DNA from: Hormiphora californensis
Lineage: Eukaryota; Animalia; Ctenophora
Length of the DNA stretch: 64,000 nucleotides
Assembly: GCA_020137815.1 (NCBI GenBank)
Contig: CM035354.1
Span: 8,122,001-8,186,000 of the forward strand
Direction of reading: 5' to 3'
Part shown: one piece after another, positions 11,256 to 23,679 of the stretch
How positions within the stretch are numbered: position 1 is the first letter of the stretch
How the letters are laid out: each line of letters begins with the position of its first letter
Notes under the pieces: model-generated
Seen by the model: only the letters and a program-made list of their open reading frames with translations
Databases searched by the model: none
Told to the model about the DNA's origin: nothing
Position numbers and translations under genes: made by a program

Positions 11256-14200
11256 ATGCCATCCCTGCAAAAGTCTGAGCTCCGGCTGCTCCGTCCCTCG
11301 ACCCGATGTGCCACCCTAACAGCCCGACCTGACAACTACAAGAGCAGTAGCAAGGGAGGAGTCACCCATCATGCACCCCGCTCCCCTGATAACGGTGAGA
11401 TGTACAGTGTGGGTCGTGGGATATTACCCCGATATTGCTGGGGTAGAGTTTGATAACCAGATATAGTTGTTAGAAGTACTGACCATTATCTCCCTATTTC
11501 AGATGTTTCCAGTGCGTTTCTCACTGCTGTAGATGTAGAGGAGACTACAGACAGACAGCCTGATCTGACTGGAGAGGAGCTATTGTCACAATTTAAAGAT
11601 GTCGTCAAGACTCGACATGGCGAGATAAAGCAGGCATTCTACTCTTTTGATAGTGACCGAAGCAGCTTTGTATCCCTGTCTGAGTTCAGGAAGATTATTG
11701 AGAACTTCGTGTTCCCGCTCTCTCACTCTCAATATGATCAGTTGATAAAGCGGCTTGATGGCATCACCAACAACAGGCTAAATTACGGGCAGTTCCTGTT
11801 TAAGATCAGTAGATCCAAGACGAAGACCCCGGCTCTAGGTCGCATTACCCCTGCTAATGACTCTCTGGATAGTATAGTGGGGAAATTGCAGGAGAAACTG
11901 AGAGAGAATAGTGGGAAGATTTTCAAGGCAATGAGGATGTTCGATCAGGGGATGAAGGGACGGATCAAGAAAAGTGATCTGAAGAGAGTTATTGAAAACT
12001 TTGCTTTTCATCTGTCAACAGAACAGTTTGAAAGGTAAATAGTCAATTCAGCTCTAATAAGTTCTAACTCTCTATCATCAAGACTAACATTTGACACTAA
12101 CACCCCCTCCCTTCCAGACTTTACAAGCACTTCTCCACTTCTAACGATGGTACGATTGACTATGTCACCTTCCTCAAGTCAGTGTCCGCTACCCGTCTAC
12201 CCATCAAGCCAGCCTCGACTAGTCCTACTAACGCTCTGGTGATATTTGAAGAGGAAGAAGCAGAACAAGCAGCAGAGGCAGAAGCCAGGAAACCACCTGA
12301 GCCACTGTGGTGTGAAAGTGTTCCCCTAGTGGAGGTGGAGATACGACTTAGAAATAAGGTACGGTCCCGGATCTAGCAAATATCTGCTTTTTTTAGTCTC
12401 CACCCCTTCTTATTTCTAACACTTCCCCTCTATCTAGATCAAACACAAGATCCAGATCCTTTACCGTACCTTCAAATCCATGGACATCCACGGGGAAGGC
12501 TATGTAACAATCGAGCAGCTCCGAAGGGCTCTGGACAAGTTTGCCTTCCAGATGACTGATGGAATATTTGAGAAGTTGATGGAGAGGCTGGATGTGAAGG
12601 CGAAATACAAACTGAGATATGAAGTGTTCCTTGATAAGTTGCAAGATCGGAGGGTCGGGGGTTATGGGCAGACTCTTGTTATGAAACCTAACCATAAGTA
12701 AGTTTAACACCTGCCTCCTTTTTTACTGACTCGATAATCGATCTCTTGATCTGCCATGACAGCTAGTGTGCTAAAATCCACTCCCTAGGTACTTCCCTAT
12801 CATCGAGAGTACAGATGAGCCTAGTCTGGATACGCTGTTAGCGAAATTAAAGACCAAGATTCTAAACGGTTACAGCTCGATCCGACAGGCCTTCCTAGTG
12901 TTCGATGAGGTACGTGTGGGATGTTACCATGGTAACAATATGGTAACATGGTAACGGGGTGTTACCATGGTAACGAGATGGTAACACATAATGATAAACT
13001 TTAGTATCTAGATGGTAACGGGATGGTATCACATAATGGTAACATGGTGTCATGGTAACATTACTTTCAGAACAAGACAGGCAAGGTGGCAAGAAGAGAT
13101 TTTAAGAATGTTATTGATGGATTTTGTTTCCGGCTCTCAGATTCCCAGTTTGCTAAACTAATGACTATACTGGATCCTGGCAATAAGGGATATGTTACCT
13201 ACCCAAACTTCTTCAAACTGTTCGATGAATCTGAGACTAGTGTGAGTTGTATGACGTCAGTCATCATGTGTGACGTCACAGATCATGTTGTTACATGTAA
13301 TCTGCTACTTAATTGTTACACTAACATGCACGAACACATTCATTGTCACACTGTAATATTATAGCATGACGCCCTAATAACTCCCTTCCCTTCTCTCATC
13401 AGGAGGGCCACAAATGGCTGACCTCAGTTCACCGTGTTAACAAGACAATCACTCCTCAATTCATGGAGGATGTTCAGTTTGAGGAGGTCCTAACCAAGAA
13501 GATAACTGATGAGAGGAAACAGGTTGCCCTGGCATTTGGCCAGTATGATAAAGAGGGGACTGGAGTGGTGTCCAAGTCAGAGCTGAGGAAGTTCCTTGAA
13601 CGGTTTGGAGTTCCTTTCTCCAGGGTAAGAATCAGTCTTACTCTTAGATCTGATTTGGGGAACTTTCTTAGTCTGTAATACAAGTCTGACTCCCCCCTCT
13701 CCTCAGACCCAGTTTGATAAACTACTAAAGCGGTGTACAGAGAACTCAGACGGTACAGTCAACTTCTACCAGTTCATGTCCAAGATAGGGGTGGATCTAC
13801 AGGCCAGTGATAAGGGTTTCAGTCAGCAGATAGCAGATGAGAACAGGAAGATGGAGTATGATAGGGTGAAGAATCATAGAGATAGACTGGAGGTAGTGGC
13901 ACAGAGGGCTATAGATCACACTGGTACATTAGGGGTGGATAATGTGATAGGGCAGTTACAGGATTACATGCATCAGAGAGCATCTGATATGAGGAAATTG
14001 TTCCTGAAACATGAACAGGATGGGAGAATTAAACGAGGCCAGTTCAAAAAGGTACTGAGAATGGACTTATCATAGTTTTGAATAGTTCCCAACTCAATTT
14101 CAGGGAATCTGAACCAGGTCTTCTCTTTCAGTTGTTGGCCAAGGCAGGTTTTATAATGGAGGAGAGTCAATTCAAGGACCTATGTCAGCGCATGTCTATT

Positions 14201-17200
14201 GGTAGGAGTATCTCGTATGGAGAGTTCTTGGACCACTTCCAGAGTAGCTCTAACTGTGAATTTGGGGAGAACTTGAACAAAACAAACTGGGTGAGCGAAG
14301 TTAAAGATCTGATGATCAGGGCATTTTGAAAATTACATACTACCCATTACTCTCCCTCAGAGTCCCAAACTACCCACTCCCTCCCTCAGAGCCCTAAACT
14401 ACTCCCTCCCTCCCTCCCCTCAGAGCCCCAAACTAATCCCTCCCTCCCTCAGAGTCCCAAACTAATTCCTCTCTCCCTCAGAGTCCCAAGATAGTAGCAG
14501 GAGCCCCTGTTACTGCAATGCCATACCAAGAAGGCCTGGCGCTCCTCCGATCCAAGATCCAGAACAGCTACAGAAACCTCCGAGCAGCATTCCACGCTAT
14601 AGACAGGGACGGGGACGGGTTGATAAACAGGACTGACTTGGTTGCAATCCTCACCAATCTACTGATACCAATGAACAAAGATGATATCTCTGATATGTGG
14701 AGCAGTATTGCAGGGGGAAAGAAGAGGCTGAATGTCCAGCAGTTTGTATCTGTGTTTGAGGATGCTGAGGATGTAGAGACCCACAAGTGGTTGGTGTCTG
14801 TTCACAAACCTGTACCAGCTGCTGACCCCTCTCCGCTGAGTGGGGAGGCTGTGTTGAGGACTTTCAGAGTGAAGGCACTGGACCAATATTTCTCACTTAA
14901 CAAGGTATTTAGTGGGGCTGATAGACTTTTGATCCAGGTTTAGTGACATGTTAACTGTTGACTAAACTTCATTTTTCAGTGTTTCACTGCTTTGGATAAG
15001 GATGGAAAGGGACGACTAAATAAGAAGAAACTGAGGCAGGCCCTTCATGACTTCTGTATCCCTATTAACAAAGAGGAATTCCAGAAACTATGGAAACAGT
15101 AAGTTATCTTTTCTGAGATTTCTATAGATTTGAGTTCGAAACAATGCCAAACTTTTATTCCCCCGCCCCGACCCCATAATAACAATTTCTCCCACCCCAG
15201 TTTCGATGATGATGGGACGGGTTACATTGATCACGAGAAGTTTGTACGTCGCACAGCTGAGGATTTCAATCCTGGTGACGATGCAGGAACGAGTCACCAC
15301 ATAGTGGAGAGTAGTGTCAGTAGAGCTGAACAGTTCAGCACTGACCAAATGGTCAGGAGAGATGACCTGCTAGTTAACCAGATTAACACTCTCAAGTGCA
15401 TGAGCAATGAAGAGCTGGAGAGACAGTTCAGGTAAGAGAGATGAGTCTCCTATCCTGTCTAAAATTGCAAGTTCTGATTCTATTCCTGAGCTGCAGAACT
15501 GCTCTTGTTGGGGTGTCGTGTATGGAGGGCGCGGAACAGTTCTTGTGATAAAAGTGCGCGCCGCTCGCACTCATCCTTGGCACATTGCATTGGCAACCGT
15601 GTGTACAAACAGTAAATACATTTCATGTATACCATCGCGGTAGTATACATTGTATAAACCCCCTCTCTCTTCCAGGTTGAATATGCACGAACACTATACC
15701 AACCTGCGGGCTGCATTCAAGGCATCTGACAAAGAGAGTCTGGGTTATCTGAGAAAGATTGATCTGAGGAGAATTCTCTTTGAATTCAATTTCCTGGTCG
15801 ATGACGACCAGTTCGATTTTCTGCTGAAGCGATGTGGAATGGAAAAGAAGAGCAGAATGAGCTACGAGAAATTCCTGAAGTTCTTTGAGGGCCCTCAAAC
15901 AGAGGTGGCAGGAATTGATAACTTTGATGCTCTAGAAAACAGGTCAGTTACATAAATCTACCGAAATAGCCCCGAAGCAAAGTGTGTTTCATAACAATAA
16001 TATCCAACCCCCACTACTCCCTGTTTTAACCCCTGTTCTATCCCCTCAGGATTGCACCATTCATCGCGTCCTACCCTGATCTCGGTTCAGGCTGAGGCAT
16101 GTGCCCGTATCAAGTACTGTGCCAGTGAAATCAAGGAAGTCCTACTCCAAGCGTTCACTGCTGTAGATACCAGGGAATATGGGATAGTGGGTGCTGATGC
16201 TATAAGGAGGGTTCTGGATAACTTCTGTTTTATCATGACTGATAAACAATTCACCGTGAGTTGAACTTGACTCGCCCTCTCTCTTTTCGACTACTGTCCA
16301 CTAAACCCCCATTGCTATAACTCCCTCCCTTCATCTCCCAGTATCTAGCCAAGAAGCTGCCCTATGTGTCTGATGGCCGGGTTGACTACAAGCTGTTCCT
16401 GGAGTTCTGTTCTGACTCTGTAGACGATACTGTTGATATAGAGAGTTTCAAGAGGGAGAGCAAGGGATGGCTGGAGGCTGTATTGGGCAGTAACAGGTCT
16501 ACATCCACCAGTTCAATGTTTTGGAGAGATACACCCACTGCAGGCCGTCTATCTAGGAGATCCAAATCGGTAAGTCAAGGTAGATCCAACCCTCCTGGAT
16601 AGTAACTAAACCCCCTCCCTATTGCAGTGTACCAATCTGCTGTCTAAGAAGAGTAGTGGCGGGACCACTGCACCCTTCGTAAACGCAGATCACATCGAAC
16701 AGAGGCTGGACCCTGTCATGCGAGATAACTGGATGGATCTGCACAAGGCATTCAGATCTCTTAGTAGTGACGCCTCTACTGTCCCTGAGGCTGCCTTCAA
16801 AGGTAGGGAAATGGGAAACTAGACAATGGACAATAATCCAGAATCCTGATTATATTACTGAACTAACCCTCCACTATCTCCCAGCCGTTATTGATAGACA
16901 TGCTGGTAGCCTTGTCTCTGCTGAGGACCTGGCCCTGTTGTGCAGGAAGTACGACACTAAGGGAGATGGGAAGGTTAACTATTCTAGTTTCTTAAAGAAG
17001 TTCTCTGCTCTGGGTCGAATCAGTGCTCTCGAGAGACCCTCCTCACAAGCAAGTGAACACGATGTGAGTTGACAGATCATTCAGGGTTCTACAAAAGTAC
17101 AAAACTAAACACTATCAATCTTAGTTCGACTTTATTCCATTATTCATTACCCCCTAACTCCCTACTCTCCCCTCAGTCCCTCCACTCTGGCCGAATATCC

Positions 17201-17718
17201 AGTTACAGCTACAACCTCTCTCGAGCTGCATCCTGTACCTCCCTAGACCTCCGTCCCGAGTCTGCTAGGTCTGTATCACGGTCCCTGTCTAGTCAGATGG
17301 GTGTGAGACGATCTACAACCAAACTAGGAGATCTGACACCGGGACCTGGTATTGATCCACCTCACTATGTGATCAGAGACATTGCTGGTCATGTGATACA
17401 AAACTGGAAACAACTGAGAAAGCTGTTTAAGGTAATTTAACTCTGACCCAAACCCTGTTCAGTATGTAAGACACTGGATATCTAAAAACCCTTTCACTCT
17501 TTCTAACACCCCCTGCCCCCTCCCAGGAGTGTGATACGAGTTCTAAAGGTTGGATCGGAACATCTGACTTCAGGAACTGTATGCGACGGAATCATGTCGA
17601 TATTTCAGAATCAGACTTTAGCGATCTTATCAGCTTTTATGAGAGCCAATCGTCTGGGAAGGTGTATTATAATGATTTCTTGAGAGCATTCCTGTCAGTT
17701 AGTAAAGACTTTGCGTGA
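11256..17718 (+). CDS. EFCAB6: EF-hand calcium-binding domain protein 6 (DJBP), ~20 exons
   Basis: Many paired EF-hands (e.g. FYSFDSDRSSFVSLSEF, FHAIDRDGDGLINRTDL, YDTKGDGKVNYSSF), a Ser-rich linker, and a final exon GKVYYNDFLRAFLSVSKDFA*. Consistent GT-AG introns. Confidence 0.85.
12923..13062. repeat. Intronic ATGGTAAC minisatellite containing two perfect GTTACCATGGTAAC palindromes
   Basis: Perfect palindromes at 12923-12936 and 12961-12974, plus several half-sites. Confidence 0.85.
14340..14490 (+). repeat. Tandem ~30-bp repeat duplicating an EFCAB6 3' splice site
   Basis: CTCCC(C)TCAGAG(T/C)CCYAA occurs five times; the last copy is the real exon start. Confidence 0.8.
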
Positions 17719-18811
17719 GGTGAGCATTCTGCATGTCTCAGAAAATTAATATGAGTGTGTTGAGTTTTAGTTCTTAATATATTAAATCAGTCCTGGAGAC
17801 TGCAGGTGACGAGTCAGGACTCCTCACATTGTAAAAAGTGGTGGGCGGGGAAGTTATATATTTAGTTGGGTGGGGAGAGGGAAGTTTGTATTGTGAAGGG
17901 AGCCAGGAGGGGAGGGGGATGTTTCTAATGGGAAAGGAGGGGATTTCTAATTTTTTCTAAAGATCTTTACTTTTCTAAACTATGTAAAAAGTGTAAATAC
18001 AATATACATAATGTATGAGTGGTAATTATTGGAGTGGTGTATGTGTGTTTTATAGCTCTTTGTAGTGTTTGATACCGATTTGTAGACTTTTTAACCCCTT
18101 TATATCCTCGTTTTACCAATTTGAGAGAAGTAGAACCAACGGATAATGAATTTGTAATGGCGGGTGATTCGAGAATTCTGTCGCTTCGCTACCAAATTTT
18201 CGAGGTTCTACTTCTCTGTTTTGTTCAGAATTAAAAAGGCTCAAATAATGGAATTGGTTAATTAATTAAGTTACGTCACATAACCTCCTTCACTAATTGT
18301 GGATCTCCAATATGACTGGGTATTGGGTATTCAAACATTATAATATTCACATAAAATTACTGCACAATCTCTCTCCTTCTCTCTCATTCTCTTATTCACT
18401 CACTTTCTTTCTCTCTCACTCTTTCTCATTCTCTGTACTGAGAACGGTTCTCGCACTACTTTCTAGGTCACGTGGGCCCTGACGTCAGGAGGAAGGTGAG
18501 AATAATCATGCCATTTGTACTATTCTCCAGTCTTTAGCAGAGACTCAGTATAATGGATAACATATCATCACATAAACCTGTGTAAAACTCACTACACACA
18601 TTACGTCACAGAATGTCTCTTCAAAATATTCCCAGCAAAACAAGTTTCATTTCAAAACAAACAGTTAATAATGACCCTCGATTGGGACAAGGGACCCCCA
18701 CCCTTGTAACAATAACACTTATTGACTCAATATTATTCCCCCATATTATTGTCATTGAGCCCACCCTGACTGTCTATTTCTCATTGAAAGTCTCTTTGAA
18801 TGTCCAATGCA

Positions 18812-21337
18812 TTATCCCAGTTGGTGGGATTTTCCCCGTGATTCTCTAGATCTCTTTGTTCTAATTGCCACGACCCCGGATCTTGGTGATTCAATGACGG
18901 ACATCTGCTGCTGTTGTCTTATCATGTCACCATGGGGACCGCGAACTACCTGGGAGAGATAATGTGGTGTTATATGGGGTGTAAGGGTGTTTTGGGTGTT
19001 CAATACAAGGGGGTATAGTATCGAGGTGCTCCGGGTGGTTTGCTAGGCCGGGGAAATACGCAGGGAGTTTTAGTATCGGGCCTTGGTACATTGAATTGAG
19101 AGGTACAGTAAATTGAACCCGGAAGAAGTCATTAGATCCCAGTTAGACTAAACGGTAGGCCCCCCACTCACCTCACTCCTCTCTGTTGTCCGGTAGTTGT
19201 GTTCAGACGGGGCATCATCGCTGTAGGTAGGGGGAGCGGAGGGGGCTAGATGTCTCATGAAGTCATCCATACTCTCCGATCTTTCCCTTCTCGCCCCTTC
19301 GTACGGTAGACCCCCTCCCGGCATGTGGTCAACGTAGGGAGAGGAGGGAAGGGATCGGGATCTGTCACCTGGATCATAAGGTCATTGGTTATATCTTAGA
19401 TGTATTTTAGGAGCCCCCATTGGATAATTCTATGGAACGGGATATAATGAAGGTGATATCGCAAAGCCTCGATATAATTTATAGGTATCGCATAATATCA
19501 ACAGTCTCTGTTTTCAGTAATTCACATTTTGTTATTGAGACTCTCAATGGGAGCTACATTCCTGAAAGCCTGGACAGGGTTAGAAGAATTATTTATGATA
19601 TATTATGAATATATTAGGATCTTTAGGACTAGAAGTGGAATGAGAGAAGGCCCCAAAGGGATAAATAATGAATATTCACTATAATTTATTCCTTGCGGTT
19701 TTGCGCTGCTAAGGTAGAATCATTGTCAAAGTTGTAGCTTTTATTTACAGCCCTTGCCTAGCCTAAGATTGTAATTCGTTCGAACAATATCTAACTGTCC
19801 CCTCCATAACTTACCCATCCCATGACTTCCCCCTGCACCGACCATGCCATGGTTGGACCTCATGGCCAGTCTCTGTAGCTGACTAGAAGGGATTGCAGAT
19901 AGGGGTCTCTCATCAACATGGGAATCCCTGATTCTGTGCATGGGACAATAACACGGGAACTTCTCCTTGTATAACTCGTGATCATGTATCATAGTTTCTG
20001 AAGAGAGGGTTGTGTGTAAAACATGGTATTGGTAGCGGACTAGATCTAACGGAGTGGGGGTGAGGCCGGGTGGGGGGTGTTGGGGTAGCGGACTAGAGTT
20101 AATGAGATGACAATCAAAGTATGCTGGAGATCCAGTACCCAGATTCAGTACCCCAAACTTACTGATTTGTGCCTGTTGGTAGCAGCGGACACAGCATACA
20201 AAGTTGAGGCAGTGTTCACACTTGTACCGTATAGTACACACTATCGTCTGATCACACACATCACACAGTGTCGGTGTGGGCAGTTCCTCCAGCACTAAAG
20301 AGGAGAGGGGAGTGTGTGAACAAGGGGGGACATCTTGGGTTGAACTTGATGGTAGGAATGTATTAATCTTTACTTATAGAGACCAACCAAACTCACTTTG
20401 TACACATATGTTGAGGGTATCAGTTTGTCGCATGTGTTTCGTTGCTAGCCTGAATTCCAGGTCGCTGTACAGCGTTACCAGGTCCCCAGTGTTGTCTGAA
20501 ATACATAGAAATAGATATGAGATCTTGGAACTGTAGATGCTTGAATGGAACACATATTTGATATTTTGTTGAGCCGACTGATTTAGATTCTAAACAAAAC
20601 TCCCAAACCAGCTAGTTCCATTCAATATTTGATAGTGGAAGTAGATGTAGGCACTTTAGGTGTGTACGCTGAAGTGTGAGAAGTGAAACATGAAGACGGC
20701 TGGTAGCTACTGCAGCTGGTGGTACAGAGATCTAACCAGAGGGGGTGGGCGTGTAACTTGAGAGTACAAGATACCAGCAGATTATATCTCACCCCCAGGC
20801 TTCCACCAGGCTAAAGGCTTCCACCCTTCTCCATTTTCTTCACTTTGATATTGAAGTCATTTCTTGATTCTAGTTTTCCAAGGGTCTTCATCACCATATT
20901 TCCACCAAGCCATAATGAGAGCCTCTCTTGAAAAGCCTATGACCCTCTCAATAGCCTATAATAATAAAAACGTGATATATTCATATTTAACTATTATGTC
21001 TGCTTCGACTGAGGGGCCGGGAAATAAAGTCCGATTTTTAATAAAGCGAACCGCAAAAAATTCCCACGCACCGTGGGAAAGTTTTTTGTCGGTTGTTTTG
21101 ATCATATCTCTGGCCCCTGATAAGATAAAGACTTGATCCTGGTTGCGTTGGAAAGAGAAAAATGTTATCTTTCCAATGCGACCAATGACAAGTCTCTATC
21201 TTATCAGGAACCGGATTTAGCACGCGCAAATAGAATTATATTATTATTAATGCGCGCGAGCGGTTCGCATTATTAAAAATCGCACTTTAGCATTGTCACT
21301 GGAGAACCGGGGAAGTTATAAAATTTGGGCCACTGAC

Positions 21338-21432
<95 letters not shown>

Positions 21433-21808
21433 TAGAGAGAGTAGCGCTAGCGCTCGAGATAGCTCCGAGAGAGAGAGATAGCTGAGCTCGAGATCTAGAG
21501 ACGTCCTCTCATAGTCCTCCTTGCTCTCTCTCCCCGGTCGGCGCTCTCCAGATTTCTGGAGAGGGAGATAAAGGCAGAGACCATATAGAATCACCATGCT
21601 TAGCTTGCGATTGCTCGTACACTGCACCTTCATATAGACACAGTTAATATATCTCCATTCTCCCTGCTGTCGGCAGATTAGTGTCTAGCTGTCCGTACTA
21701 TTGCTTCCTGACGTCCTGTCTCTTTGCTGTTTACTGCCTCTACTGACATCTCCCTCCAGCAAACAAACAATGCTCTCTCTCCCTCTCTCCCTCTCTCTCT
21801 ATCTCTCC

Positions 21809-21903
<95 letters not shown>

Positions 21904-23679
21904 CCTCACGGAAATGAACAATATGTGTATCAGCTTGTTAGCACCAGTTGTTACCGCACAGGATTGTTTGTCTAGCGGCAATTGTTAATTGGTATACCTG
22001 TACTGTGTTCATTGAGCCCTTAGTACAGTGTGACACTAAGCGTGTTGCTTGTTGAGCGAGAGATCTCCTGTGAGTGCTTGCAGCTCATTACACGCAGAAA
22101 TTAGCAGACATATCTATACCGGCCTATGCATGAATAGTATTTTCACTCGTTCATCGAACTTCTAATCTATATCGGCAAATGTTGTTTGAACTCTGCTTTT
22201 GCCTTCATAGTACACGTGTAGGATGAGGTGCTGTGCAAGAAGTAAACACACCTTCAAATAAACACAGCTATAATGTCTTGATAGCCATCAGTTTGTTGTG
22301 TTCTGTGATCGCCTTGGTGACATTTGCACCTGTACGAGCGAGATTGAGTTGTAGCAATACTACCTACTAATCACCCCCTCCCCATGACACTAGGTGCCGG
22401 TATGTCGTGTGAAGGGTGCACCTACTTCTACCCAGCCCTTAGTATTGTAATCGCCCTGTTTGGAACACTACCCAACATTGTCCTCACCCTCATCTACCTC
22501 TCTCTGGATAGACGTACCATCACAGACGGTCTAATGTTCATGTATTCACTGTTCAATGCTGCTACTTGCCTCCAGACCCTCCCTGTTGCTATCTCAATAC
22601 TAGCTCCCATCCCCCTCAAGGCGTGCCCTGTTCTCCATCCCCTGTGGAGTATCACGACACAACTATCTACCCTGGTACTGATGGTGATCTCAATAGACCT
22701 CTCCCTCCATGTGATCTACAAGTGCCCCAGAGCCAGCTCAAAACGTGTCCTAACAGTTCTACTAGCCTTGGTGGGCCTCACAATCCTCTTGGAGTTGAGC
22801 TCTCTCAAGTTTGTGGACAAGGTTCGTGACGTGGTGACAACTGACGGGTGGTGTACTTGGAGTTTTACTATGGAACTAGATGTGTTGAACTATCGTTACC
22901 TCAAGGGACTGATAACAATAATACTGCCCTGTTTCAGCGCTATCTCATGCGCCCTGACTCTGCTGTGTGTGTTAACTACGGTTAACCCAAGGTTAACATA
23001 TCTAGTTAGGGTTGTATCACTACTATGTGTGAGTTTCCTAGCCTATAACATCTTCCACGCTGTGACACTGATTAGAGAGGCAGTGGGTTACTTTGTTCAG
23101 AAATATGCCGATGAGGAGGGAACAGTGTTTCAGTATCATGAGAGTTCAGACTTCTTCATGCCCGCTCTCTGCTCAATGACTGCCCCGCTGATTATATTTA
23201 TTGGTGATAGACAGCTACAGGAGAGATTGTTTTATTCAACTAGAACCAATGTTCAGGTTATAGGTGAAACAGCGTGAATTGTGAAATGTAATGTGATGAT
23301 CTGTACATCCAACCCAGTATTTGTAATTAACTAACCAAGGAGAAACAAACAAACAGACTGTCTTACCCATCCACTTGATAACAATGTGTTCATTATCCCG
23401 CATTTTCAGAGTTGATTTTACTGATTTAACAAACTTCCTAAAATCACTTCTATTGTCTGTCTGGAACACCCTAACATCACGCCTCCAGTTACGCTGTACA
23501 TAACACTTGACGTTCATGTCAAACCTGGGATAGAGGGGGAGATGAGAGGAAGGGGGAGATGAGAGGAAGGGGGAGTCTGAACAAGGCTACTGCTAGGGAG
23601 ATGAGAGGGAACTTTAACATAAACAATTTGAATGAACCGCAAACTATAATTACTTGGGTATGGGAGGGGCCTGTTTCAT
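18812..23679 (-). CDS. PB1-ZZ domain protein (p62/SQSTM1-like, no UBA domain), 7 exons
   Basis: Phase-consistent exons ~23679-23654, 23525-23367, 20495-20396, 20294-20163, 19997-19815, 19368-19171 and 18949-18812. They encode a PB1 domain (VKCY...KWMDNTGDLVTLYSDLEFRLA) and a ZZ finger (CDVC..YKCEHCLNFVCCVRCY..HDH). Confidence 0.8.
21025..21289. mobile_element. MITE with ~30-bp TIRs and an internal inverted repeat
   Basis: TAAAGTCCGATTTTTAATAAAGCGAACCGC versus GCGGTTCGCATTATTAAAAATCGCACTTTA; internal CCTGATAAGATAAAGACTTG / CAAGTCTCTATCTTATCAGG. Confidence 0.75.
21338..21905. repeat. (GA)n tract at 21338-21440 and (CT)n tract at 21773-21905
   Basis: Directly visible dinucleotide microsatellites. 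Confidence 0.95.
22384..23277 (+). CDS. Intronless rhodopsin-like 7TM GPCR, nested antisense in the PB1-ZZ gene intron
   Basis: 297 aa with about seven hydrophobic segments. TM1 GTLPN, TM3 C...ISIDLS (DRY variant), ECL2 Cys, TM5 Pro and TM7 TAPLII. Confidence 0.8.
   Translation: MTLGAGMSCEGCTYFYPALSIVIALFGTLPNIVLTLIYLSLDRRTITDGLMFMYSLFNAATCLQTLPVAISILAPIPLKACPVLHPLWSITTQLSTLVLMVISIDLSLHVIYKCPRASSKRVLTVLLALVGLTILLELSSLKFVDKVRDVVTTDGWCTWSFTMELDVLNYRYLKGLITIILPCFSAISCALTLLCVLTTVNPRLTYLVRVVSLLCVSFLAYNIFHAVTLIREAVGYFVQKYADEEGTVFQYHESSDFFMPALCSMTAPLIIFIGDRQLQERLFYSTRTNVQVIGETA

Noticed and set aside
14340-14490. CRISPR-like appearance of short repeats
   Set aside because: No unique spacers, no cas genes, and a eukaryotic intron context.
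15450-15650. GC-richer intronic insert as an ncRNA or SINE
   Set aside because: No clear A/B boxes, cloverleaf, TIR or TSD found by eye.
20791-20960. Possible extra exon of the PB1-ZZ gene
   Set aside because: Stop codons occur in the frames examined, and the PB1 domain is already complete without it.
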